Source: Candidatus Omnitrophota bacterium (GTDB lineage: Bacteria > Omnitrophota > Gorgyraeia > B26-G9). From it: a DNA stretch of 64,000 bases. Position 1 is the first letter of the stretch, and each line of letters opens with the position of its first letter. The stretch spans positions 36,966-100,965 of the forward strand of contig JBDRPX010000025.1 of the NCBI GenBank assembly GCA_043826565.1, written 5' to 3'. Made by a program: the position numbers and the translations under genes. Below, in pieces: positions 54,083-62,471 of the stretch. The notes beneath the pieces were generated by a model that saw only the letters and a program-made list of their open reading frames with translations, did no database searches and was not told where the DNA came from.

Positions 54083-55663
54083 ATGGAAAAAGGATATCTT
54101 TGTATGGTTTTACACGGTCATTTACCATATGTCCGTCATCCTGAGCATGAGGATTTTCTAGAGGAAGATTGGCTGTATGAGGCAATTACCGAAACATATA
54201 TTCCGTTATTAAATGTTTTTGAAGGGCTGATTAAAGATAAAATTGATTTTCGGGTAACCCTGGGTTTGTCGCCGACTTTAATTACCATGCTTCTTGATCC
54301 ATTGCTCCAGGAGAGGTACCTGAAGCATTTGGATAGCCTGATTGAACTGGCTAGCCGGGAAGTTGAGAGGACCCGGTGGCAGCCGGAGTTCCATAAGCTT
54401 GCCTTGATGTATCTAAGTAAATTCAATTTGGCTCGATATATATTTGTAGATAAGCATAACCGGAATTTAATCCAGGCATTTAGGGCAGTTCAGGATGCCG
54501 GGAAACTTGAAATAATTACCTGCGGGGCAACTCACGGTTTTTTCCCTCTGATGCATGTTTGTAAGGAGTCTATTCGGGCTCAGGTGAAAACGGCAGTCGA
54601 TCAGTATAAACGTGTTTTCGGCCGCCAGCCTCGGGGAATATGGCTTCCCGAGTGCGGCTATAATCCGGGAGATGATGAAATATTAAAGGAAAACGGTCTG
54701 CGTTTCTTTTTTGTCGATGCTCACGGTATATTGCATGGAACACCTCGTCCTAAGTACGGTGTTTTTGCTCCGGCATATTGTAAGTCCGGGGTAGCTTGCT
54801 TTGGCCGTGATCTGGAATCTTCAAAACAGGTATGGAGTGCGGTAGAAGGTTATCCCGGGGATTATTCCTATAGAGAATTTTACCGGGATATCGGTTTTGA
54901 TCTTGATTTTGACTATGTCAAACCGTACATCCATAAAGATGGGATTCGTATTAATACCGGTATTAAATATTACAAAATTACCGGGGAATCGCAGGAAAAG
55001 CATCCATATGTGCCGGAAGACGCGCTGCAGAAATCTGCGGATCAGGCAGGCAATTTCATGTTTAACCGCCAGAAGCAGATTGAGTATTTGTATGATATGC
55101 TTAAACGCGAGCCGATCATAATTTCTCCTTATGATGCGGAACTGTTCGGCCATTGGTGGTATGAAGGTCCGGATTGGCTGGATTTCCTGTTTCGTAAAGT
55201 TGCTTGTGACCAGAAAACATTTAAGATGATAACTCCTTCGGAATATTTGGAAAAATTCCCGCGTAATCAGGTTATAACACCGTCGATGTCTACCTGGGGC
55301 TATAAAGGGTATAATGAGGTTTGGCTCGAAGGCTCCAATGACTGGATTTACCGGCATTTGCATAAGGCTTCTGAACGCATGACTGAACTGGTGAGAATGT
55401 GTCCGGATGCCGGTGGAATAAAACTCAGAGCATTAAACCAGGCTTTAAGAGAATTATTATTAGCTCAGAGTTCTGATTGGGCATTTATAATGAAGACCGG
55501 GACACATGTTTCCTATGCCGTAAAAAGAACCAAGGATCATTTGTTGAGATTTTCAAAATTGTATTTCAGTATAAAAGCAGACAATGTGAATGAATCCTGG
55601 CTTACTGATATTGAGTATAAAGACAAGATATTCCCGAATATTGATTATCGGTTTCACTCATGA
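54083..55663 (+). CDS. Glycoside hydrolase family 57 enzyme (GH57 1,4-alpha-glucan branching enzyme / amylopullulanase-like)
   Basis: The N-terminus CMVLHGHLPYVRHPEHEDFLEEDWLYEAITETYIPLL is the GH57 signature HxHLP...E. The protein is ~526 aa, typical of GH57 branching enzymes. Confidence 0.8.
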   Translation: MEKGYLCMVLHGHLPYVRHPEHEDFLEEDWLYEAITETYIPLLNVFEGLIKDKIDFRVTLGLSPTLITMLLDPLLQERYLKHLDSLIELASREVERTRWQPEFHKLALMYLSKFNLARYIFVDKHNRNLIQAFRAVQDAGKLEIITCGATHGFFPLMHVCKESIRAQVKTAVDQYKRVFGRQPRGIWLPECGYNPGDDEILKENGLRFFFVDAHGILHGTPRPKYGVFAPAYCKSGVACFGRDLESSKQVWSAVEGYPGDYSYREFYRDIGFDLDFDYVKPYIHKDGIRINTGIKYYKITGESQEKHPYVPEDALQKSADQAGNFMFNRQKQIEYLYDMLKREPIIISPYDAELFGHWWYEGPDWLDFLFRKVACDQKTFKMITPSEYLEKFPRNQVITPSMSTWGYKGYNEVWLEGSNDWIYRHLHKASERMTELVRMCPDAGGIKLRALNQALRELLLAQSSDWAFIMKTGTHVSYAVKRTKDHLLRFSKLYFSIKADNVNESWLTDIEYKDKIFPNIDYRFHS

Positions 55664-55673
55664 AGCAAGATGT

Positions 55674-55767
55674 CAGAAGACAGAAGTCAGAGGTCAGAAT
55701 TAAATAACGATAAATTTTCATTTTTTATTTTTATCTGACATCTGTCATCTGATCTCTGTTTTCTGAA
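55674..55767. repeat. Two opposed heptamer arrays (CAGARGT x4; ATCTGNC x5) flanking a 31-nt AT-rich spacer
   Basis: cagaaga cagaagt cagaggt cagaatt ... atctgac atctgtc atctgat ctctgtt ttctgaa. The CAGA core is inverted (TCTG) in the second array. Confidence 0.75.
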
Positions 55768-55788
55768 TTTTGAATAAGCGGAGACAAA

Positions 55789-56514
55789 ATGACTTCAAAA
55801 AAAAGTGTTCCCCAGCATATTGCTATTATTATGGATGGAAACGGCAGATGGGCAAAACAGAAGCATCTGCCGCGGGTTGCCGGGCACCGGCAGGGAGTGG
55901 AAACAGTAAAAAAAATAGTCAGAGCTTGTGATGATCTTGGCGTAAAATTTCTTACCCTTTATACTTTTTCCAGCGAGAACTGGAAAAGATCAAAGACGGA
56001 AGTTAGTTTTTTAATGCATCTTTTTAATAAGCATTTGGATAAGGCGATTCGGGATCTAAGAAAAAATAATGTGCGTTTTTTGACTATCGGGGTAGAAAAA
56101 GGATTGCCCCCCAAAGTACGCCAAGTGATGGACAAGGCCAAAGAGGAAACCGCGAAAAATACCGGGTTGACTTTAATCTTGGCGTTTAATTACGGTGCCC
56201 GTTTAGAAATTATGGATGCGGCATTGGGTTTGGCGAAAGATATCCAGGAAGGTAAGATAAAATATAAAGAAGTAACTGAAGAAGTTTTCTCCAGTTATTT
56301 GTATACCGCAGATATCCCTGATCCGGATTTGCTTATCCGGACCAGCGGAGAAATGAGAGTCAGTAATTTTTTGCTTTGGCAGCTTTCCTACAGTGAAATA
56401 TACATAACCAAGAAATTCTGGCCGGAGTTTGATGAACAGGATCTTGCGGACGCGATAAGAGAATTTCAAAGCAGAGACCGCCGGTTTGGGGGAGCGGAAA
56501 AACATGGAAAATAA
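55789..56514 (+). CDS. uppS: Undecaprenyl-diphosphate synthase (isoprenyl transferase)
   Basis: HIAIIMDGNGRWAK and the downstream RTSGEMRVSNFLLWQ are canonical cis-prenyltransferase motifs. Confidence 0.85.
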   Translation: MTSKKSVPQHIAIIMDGNGRWAKQKHLPRVAGHRQGVETVKKIVRACDDLGVKFLTLYTFSSENWKRSKTEVSFLMHLFNKHLDKAIRDLRKNNVRFLTIGVEKGLPPKVRQVMDKAKEETAKNTGLTLILAFNYGARLEIMDAALGLAKDIQEGKIKYKEVTEEVFSSYLYTADIPDPDLLIRTSGEMRVSNFLLWQLSYSEIYITKKFWPEFDEQDLADAIREFQSRDRRFGGAEKHGK

Positions 56515-57331
56515 GAAATTATTAAAAAGAATTCTTACCGCAACAAGTATAGTTTTATTTGTTATCTTTGGCTTATTTTTCCTGCCGTTATTCTTTTATG
56601 CCGGGGTAGTTACTTTTTTAATCGGGGTGGGATTGTATGAATTCTATAGCCTGATTGAAAAGAAAGGAATTTTTATTTACAAGTATTTTGGAATTCTGGT
56701 CGGCGTGTTAATCCCGCTGAGCATTTATTTCCGCTTTGAGCCGACCAAGGGGTGGGAGCTGTTTTTTATTGTTACCGCAACTCTGATTTTTTTTGTTTTA
56801 CAGTTTATCCGCAAAGATAGTTCGCAGGCAATAGTCGGAATCTCCACTACTTTTTTTGGTATTTTTTATGTTAGCTGGTTTTTTTCTTTTCTTATTAAGA
56901 TACGGTTTTTACCTCAGGGTATGTATTTGGCGGCTTTTTTGCTCTTAGTAACCAAAATTGGTGATGTCGGAGCATATGTTATGGGTAAGATATTCGGTAA
57001 AAATTTATTAATCACCCGCATAAGCCCAAAAAAGACTTTAGAAGGAGCTGTCGGGGGATTGTTGTTTAGTGTTTGCGCGGCATTATTAAGTAAATTGTAT
57101 CTCCCGGAGATTTCCTTGATTCACCTTGTGGCCATGGGAGCGCTTATCGGATTACTCGCGCAAATAGGAGATTTATGTGAATCACTCATAAAACGTGATT
57201 GCGGGGTCAAAGACAGCGGTAACTATTTACCCGGGCTTGGAGGAGTGCTGGATATTATTGACAGCATAATTTTTACCAGTCCAATTTTTTATTTTTATTT
57301 AATCCATTTCAACTTGATTAAACAAATATAA
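56504..57331 (+). CDS. cdsA: Phosphatidate cytidylyltransferase (CDP-diglyceride synthase)
   Basis: Polytopic protein with the C-terminal CTP-transferase signature KRDCGVKDSGNYLPGLGGVLDIIDS. The ATG at 56504 has a GGGGGAG RBS and overlaps the uppS stop by 11 nt. Confidence 0.8.
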   Translation: MENKKLLKRILTATSIVLFVIFGLFFLPLFFYAGVVTFLIGVGLYEFYSLIEKKGIFIYKYFGILVGVLIPLSIYFRFEPTKGWELFFIVTATLIFFVLQFIRKDSSQAIVGISTTFFGIFYVSWFFSFLIKIRFLPQGMYLAAFLLLVTKIGDVGAYVMGKIFGKNLLITRISPKKTLEGAVGGLLFSVCAALLSKLYLPEISLIHLVAMGALIGLLAQIGDLCESLIKRDCGVKDSGNYLPGLGGVLDIIDSIIFTSPIFYFYLIHFNLIKQI

Positions 57332-57332
57332 T

Positions 57333-58484
57333 ATGAAAAAAATTTCCATTCTCGGATCAACCGGTTCCATTGGAACAAATACGCTGGAAGTCATAAAACA
57401 TCGGGCTTCTGATTTCCAGGTTATCGGATTAAGTGCTTATAATAATGTCCGGCTTTTAGCAAAACAGATAAGGGAGTTTAAGCCGAAATTGGTTAGTGTA
57501 AAGGACAAAGAGAGTCTTCGTAAATTGGCAGATCTGACTGATCTAACAAAAATTAAGGCTTATACTCAAGATGAAGGTTTGTCCAAGATCGCTACTCATC
57601 GGGAATCACAGGTGGTTGTTGTGGCGACATCAGGGACGATAAGCTTGATTCCGGCCTTAAGGGCTTTGGAAATGGGCAAAACCATCGCCTTGGCTAATAA
57701 AGAGCCTTTGGTAATGGCTGGTGAGATTGTTATGGATACGGTACGCAGATGTAAAGGAACGATTATTCCTGTGGATTCTGAGCACAGTGCGGTATTTCAG
57801 TGTTTAAAGCAGGAAAACTCCCGGGAAGTAAAAAATATATATCTTACCGGATCCGGCGGCCCGTTCAGGGAGTTTTCTCAGCAAAAGTTAAAAACAGTTA
57901 CCCGGGAAATGGCCTTAAATCATCCCAAATGGAAAATGGGGAAGAAGATCACCATAGACTCAGCGACATTGATGAATAAGGGGCTGGAGATTATTGAAGC
58001 CAGATGGCTTTTTGACATCCCGGCGGAAAAGATAAAGGTAGTTATACATCCGGAAGCGGTTATACACTCTATGGTTGAATTTTGTGACGGATCGGTTTTA
58101 GCCCAGATGGGAATTACGGACATGCGTTTGCCTATACAGTATGCGCTGGATTATCCGTATCGCTGTTTGAACCGGTTGCCGGGAGTTGATTTTTTTAAAA
58201 TCAAGAAGCTTAATTTTTCCCGGCCCGATAAGGAAAAATTCCCTTGTCTGGGGCTGGCTTTAAAGGTTGCCGCCGAAGGCGGCAGCAGCGGCAGTGTTAT
58301 GAATGCGGCCAATGAGATTGCCGTAGAAGCATTTTTAGCTGAGAAGATCGGTTATCATGACATATTTAAAGTAATTCAGAAAGTACTCAAAAAACATAAA
58401 CGTATAAAACATCCGACACTGGATGAGATATTTATATGTGACGATTGGGCGAGAAGGGAGGCGCGTTTATTTTGTTATCATTAA
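57333..58484 (+). CDS. dxr: 1-deoxy-D-xylulose-5-phosphate reductoisomerase
   Basis: KISILGSTGSIGTNTLEV is the N-terminal NADPH motif. LANKEPLVMAG and the DSEHSA metal-binding block are present. Confidence 0.9.
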   Translation: MKKISILGSTGSIGTNTLEVIKHRASDFQVIGLSAYNNVRLLAKQIREFKPKLVSVKDKESLRKLADLTDLTKIKAYTQDEGLSKIATHRESQVVVVATSGTISLIPALRALEMGKTIALANKEPLVMAGEIVMDTVRRCKGTIIPVDSEHSAVFQCLKQENSREVKNIYLTGSGGPFREFSQQKLKTVTREMALNHPKWKMGKKITIDSATLMNKGLEIIEARWLFDIPAEKIKVVIHPEAVIHSMVEFCDGSVLAQMGITDMRLPIQYALDYPYRCLNRLPGVDFFKIKKLNFSRPDKEKFPCLGLALKVAAEGGSSGSVMNAANEIAVEAFLAEKIGYHDIFKVIQKVLKKHKRIKHPTLDEIFICDDWARREARLFCYH

Positions 58485-59563
58485 TAGCTTTTATTTTTGT
58501 TTTAAGTGTTTTAGTAATTGTGCATGAGTTTGGTCATTTTATTATTGCCAAAGCGATGAAAGTTCGTGTGGAAACATTTTCTATTGGCTTCGGTAAAAAA
58601 CTTTTTAGTTTTAAATGGGCAGATACCGAGTATCGGGTTTCCGCTATTCCTTTAGGCGGATATGTAAAAATGGCCGGAGACAATCCTGAAGAAAAAAGAG
58701 AGGGAGAGAAATGGGAGTTTTTGTCTAAGTCGTTAGGGAAGCGCGCGGCAATTGTTGCGGCCGGGCCGATTTTTAATTATGTATTTGCTTTCCTTGTGTT
58801 TAGCCTTGTTTTTTTTATCGGCTTTGCTGTCCCCCGGGCTACTATCGGTGATATTACCGATGGATATCCCGCGCAGATTGCCGGTTTGCAAGCAGGTGAT
58901 AAGATTCTTTCTATTGATGGAGTTGATGTTTCCACATGGGAGGAAATGTCTTCAATAATACACCAGAAGACGGAAAATAAAGAAGTGGCATTTAATGTGC
59001 AGCGTGGGGATAAATTAATGTTCTTGAATATTGTGCCTAAGGTTATCGAGGATAAAAATTTATTAGGAGATACTGTGAAAGTAGGCTTGATTGGGATAGC
59101 TCCCTCTGAAGATGTCATGTTTGTGCGTTTTGGCCCGGGAGAATCAGTGTTAAGAGGAGCCGGACAGGTTTGGACAGTTACTCAGGTAACGTATAAGGTA
59201 TTGTTTAGAGTCATTACCGGAAAGATGTCGGCAAGGGCTTCTCTAACCGGGCCTATCGGGATATTCAAGATTACCGGAGAGGCGGCAAAAATGGGGTTTA
59301 CCTACCTTTTGCAGATGATGGCATTGCTTAGTGTGAGCCTGGCGATTATTAATCTTTTTCCGATTCCGGTTCTTGACGGAGGGCATCTGGTTTTTATGAT
59401 TGTTGAAAAAATTAAGGGAAAGCCGGTAAGTGTTAAATCGCAGGAAATAGCATCTCGAATTGGGTTTTCATTACTTATTGCCTTAATGATGTTTACTTTT
59501 TATAATGACTTGATGCAGTATGGTTTTTTTGATAAGGCTTTTAAGTTTTTTGGCGGGAAGTAA
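58445..59563 (+). CDS. rseP: RseP-type site-2 zinc metalloprotease (M50 family) with PDZ domain
   Basis: HEFGHF (HExxH) lies in TM1, a PDZ segment is at GLQAGDKILSIDG, and the C-terminal LDGG motif is present. The true start may be the TTG at 58472, with an AGGGAGG RBS at 58454-58460; the 58445 ATG overlaps the dxr end by 40 nt. Confidence 0.8.
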   Translation: MGEKGGAFILLSLIAFIFVLSVLVIVHEFGHFIIAKAMKVRVETFSIGFGKKLFSFKWADTEYRVSAIPLGGYVKMAGDNPEEKREGEKWEFLSKSLGKRAAIVAAGPIFNYVFAFLVFSLVFFIGFAVPRATIGDITDGYPAQIAGLQAGDKILSIDGVDVSTWEEMSSIIHQKTENKEVAFNVQRGDKLMFLNIVPKVIEDKNLLGDTVKVGLIGIAPSEDVMFVRFGPGESVLRGAGQVWTVTQVTYKVLFRVITGKMSARASLTGPIGIFKITGEAAKMGFTYLLQMMALLSVSLAIINLFPIPVLDGGHLVFMIVEKIKGKPVSVKSQEIASRIGFSLLIALMMFTFYNDLMQYGFFDKAFKFFGGK

Positions 59564-59566
59564 TTT

Positions 59567-60634
59567 TTGATGAAAATAAAAAGAAGAAAAACAAAAAAGA
59601 TATTTGTCGGGAATGTTGCTATTGGAGGCAATAGTCCTGTTTCCATTCAATCAATGACCAAAACCGACACCCGGAATGTTGAGGCGACGGTAAAACAGAT
59701 CAAGGAGCTGGAGCAGGCGGGTTGTGAGATTGTCCGGGTAGCGGTAGAAGATGAAAAAGCGGCCAAAGCTATTACCGGAATAAAAAAGAAAATATCAATA
59801 CCTTTGGTAGCGGACATTCATTTTCATTATAAACTGGCAATTAGCGCCATGGAAAATGGGGCGGATAAGATACGTCTTAATCCCGGCAATATCAAGAAAG
59901 CATCCCAGGTGGAAGAAGTAATTGCTTGTGCCAAAGCGCATCAGGTGCCGATAAGGATAGGGCTTAATTCCGGATCTGTGCAAAGGACATCAAGGAATGA
60001 TCTGGTAACAGATCTGGTTAATTCCGGGATGGGATATCTCAAAGAATTCAAAAAACTAAAATTCGATAAAATAATTTTTTCTTTAAAAGCGCCGGAAGTT
60101 ATAACTACCATCGAAGCATATCGGCGGATGTCAAAGCTTACGGATGCTCCGATGCATATCGGTGTTACGGCGACGGGACTGCCGCGGAGCGGTATTGTTA
60201 AATCAAGTGTGGCTTTAGGAGCATTACTGCTTGAGGGGATCGGCGATACTATGCGTGTTTCTTTGGCATCTGATCCGGTTGATGAAGTTATTGCGGCTAA
60301 GGAAATTCTTAAGTCGCTTAACTTACGCAATCCGGGCATTGAAGTGATATCCTGTCCGACTTGCGGCAGGTGCAAAATAAGTCTCATTAATCTGGTTAAA
60401 AAAATAGAGAAAAAACTTTCGATAGTTAATGATCAATATCCTCAGGCAAGATTAAAAGTCGCGGTTATGGGATGTGTTGTTAATGGTCCCGGAGAGGCTA
60501 AGGACGCGGATATCGGTATTGCCTGGGGCGGGAATGCCGGGATATTATTTAAAAAAGGTAAACAGATTAGATTATTAAAAGAAAAAGAATTGATGGATGT
60601 ATTATTAACGGAGGTAAGAAATGAGATGGTCTAA
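59567..60634 (+). CDS. ispG: 4-hydroxy-3-methylbut-2-enyl diphosphate synthase (GcpE)
   Basis: VGNVAIGGNSPVSIQSMTKTDT is the N-terminal TIM-barrel. The C-terminal CPTCGRC...GCVVNGPGE cluster motifs are present. Confidence 0.85.
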   Translation: MMKIKRRKTKKIFVGNVAIGGNSPVSIQSMTKTDTRNVEATVKQIKELEQAGCEIVRVAVEDEKAAKAITGIKKKISIPLVADIHFHYKLAISAMENGADKIRLNPGNIKKASQVEEVIACAKAHQVPIRIGLNSGSVQRTSRNDLVTDLVNSGMGYLKEFKKLKFDKIIFSLKAPEVITTIEAYRRMSKLTDAPMHIGVTATGLPRSGIVKSSVALGALLLEGIGDTMRVSLASDPVDEVIAAKEILKSLNLRNPGIEVISCPTCGRCKISLINLVKKIEKKLSIVNDQYPQARLKVAVMGCVVNGPGEAKDADIGIAWGGNAGILFKKGKQIRLLKEKELMDVLLTEVRNEMV

Positions 60635-62342
60635 TATGCTGCTTCCTACGCTTAAGGAGGTTCCGGCAGAAGCAGAAGCGATTAGTCATATTTTAATGAC
60701 TCGGGCAGGGTTGATTCGTAAACTTACTTCCGGAGTGTATTCTTATCTGCCGATTGGTTTTAGGGTATTAAAGAAGATTGAGGATATAATCAGGCAGGAG
60801 ATGAATAAAAAAGGTGCTCAGGAAGTACTATTGCCGGCAGTACAACCTGCGGAACTTTGGCAAAAGAGCGGGCGTTTTGAGGCTTTGGGTGAAGATATGA
60901 TTAAATTCACCGATAGACACGGTAAATTGAATATTCTCGGGCCGACACATGAAGAAGTTATTACAACTCTTATCAAGAATGAAGTCAGTTCATACCGGCA
61001 GATGCCTTTGATAATTTATCAGATCCAGACTAAGTTTCGGGATGAAGCGCGTCCGCGTTTTGGAGTTATCCGCTGTCGTGAATTTATTATGAAAGATGCT
61101 TATAGTTTTGACCGGGATACTTCCGGGCTTGATGAAAGTTACCAAAAAATGTATGATGCCTATTGCCGGATATTTAAGCGCTGTGGGCTGAACTGTATTC
61201 CGGTAGAAGCAGATCCCGGAATTATGGGCGGCAGTGCTTCTTGTGAATTTATGGTTTTGGCTAAAAGCGGAGAAGATAAAATTGTCCGTTGTAAAAAGTG
61301 TGGATATGCGGCAAGCATGGATAAGGCTGAGTGTGTTGAGCAAGCCGCAAGTCACAAGTCGCAGGTCGCAAGTTTCGAACAAATGCTAAAGGTGAAGACA
61401 CCGGGAGTGAGTACGGTCAAAGATGTTGCGGAATTTTTGGAAGTATCGCCGGATAAGCTTATAAAAACATTAGTATACATTAGTGACGGAAAGACTATTG
61501 CGGTACTTCTCCGGGGAGATCATGACCTTAATGAGGCCAAATTGATGCATGCTTTAAAAGCAAAGCATCTGAGTATGGCTGATGAGAGTACAATTGAACA
61601 AGCTACCAAAGGTCCCGTGGGATTTAGCGGACCGGTAGGGCTTGAGAACATTAAAATTATCGCGGATTTCTCCTTGCAATCCGGGCAGAATTGGATTGCC
61701 GGGGCCAATGCGGCAGATACCCACCTAAAGAATGTTAATGCGGATAGGGATTTTAAGGTATCTAATTGGGCGGATCTGCGCAATATTACAGAATCGGACA
61801 GCTGTTCCAAATGTGCCGGGGAGATCGAAATTTGTTTAGCTATTGAAGCGGGACATGTTTTTAAGCTGGGAACAAAATATACTGATAGTCTGGAGGCTAC
61901 TTTTTTAGATGAACAGGGAAAGGCATCAAAGATTATAATGGGATGCTATGGTATTGGGGTTACCAGAATAATCGCGGCAGCTATTGAGCAAAACAATGAC
62001 GAAAACGGAATTATTTGGCCTATGCAGATAGCGCCATTCCATGTTTTAATAATGCCTTTGAATCCTGAACATGATGGTTCTAAAAAAACAGCACAGGAGA
62101 TTTATAATCAGCTGACTCAGCAGGGCATAGAAGTATTGCTGGATGACCGCAATGTGAGGGCAGGGTTTAAATTTAAGGATGCGGATCTTATTGGAATACC
62201 GGTGCAGATTATTATTGGTGAAAAAAGTTTAGCGGAGAATTTAATAGAAGTGAAAATAAGGGAAACTGGCGAGCGTCTAAAAATTCCGGCAGATAAAGTT
62301 GTTCAAGAAGTGACGCAGAGGGTTAATAAAACATTTTATTAG
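60621..62342 (+). CDS. proS: Prolyl-tRNA synthetase (bacterial type with INS editing domain)
   Basis: MRWSNMLLPTLKEVPAEAEAISHILMTRAGLIRK parallels the E. coli ProS N-terminus. Class II motifs are present, and the C-terminal anticodon-binding domain follows. Confidence 0.9.
   Translation: MRWSNMLLPTLKEVPAEAEAISHILMTRAGLIRKLTSGVYSYLPIGFRVLKKIEDIIRQEMNKKGAQEVLLPAVQPAELWQKSGRFEALGEDMIKFTDRHGKLNILGPTHEEVITTLIKNEVSSYRQMPLIIYQIQTKFRDEARPRFGVIRCREFIMKDAYSFDRDTSGLDESYQKMYDAYCRIFKRCGLNCIPVEADPGIMGGSASCEFMVLAKSGEDKIVRCKKCGYAASMDKAECVEQAASHKSQVASFEQMLKVKTPGVSTVKDVAEFLEVSPDKLIKTLVYISDGKTIAVLLRGDHDLNEAKLMHALKAKHLSMADESTIEQATKGPVGFSGPVGLENIKIIADFSLQSGQNWIAGANAADTHLKNVNADRDFKVSNWADLRNITESDSCSKCAGEIEICLAIEAGHVFKLGTKYTDSLEATFLDEQGKASKIIMGCYGIGVTRIIAAAIEQNNDENGIIWPMQIAPFHVLIMPLNPEHDGSKKTAQEIYNQLTQQGIEVLLDDRNVRAGFKFKDADLIGIPVQIIIGEKSLAENLIEVKIRETGERLKIPADKVVQEVTQRVNKTFY
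61347..61374. repeat. Heptanucleotide tandem repeat (GCAAGTC-like) x4 inside proS (encodes ASHKSQVASF)
   Basis: gcaagtc acaagtc gcaggtc gcaagtt. Confidence 0.75.
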
Positions 62343-62373
62343 CAATTAAAATATGCTTTGTATGAAAAAAAAG

Positions 62374-62402
62374 TTGACATGAATGCGTTTTTGTGATAAA
62401 AA
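62374..62402 (+). promoter_or_regulatory. Sigma70-like promoter (TTGACA-17-TAAAAA) ahead of pilMN
   Basis: TTGACA at 62374-62379. The -10 element is AT-rich but weak. Confidence 0.35.
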
Positions 62403-62471
62403 TGTATTAAGTTGAATAAAGTCAAAACGATATGGAAAAAGGGACTTTATGAAAAGTAAACGGATTTAAAA

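Noticed and set aside
55674-55767. Opposed heptamer arrays as a rho-independent terminator for the GH57 gene
   Set aside because: The arms are not complementary enough to form a GC-rich stem, and the T-run sits in the loop rather than 3' of a stem.
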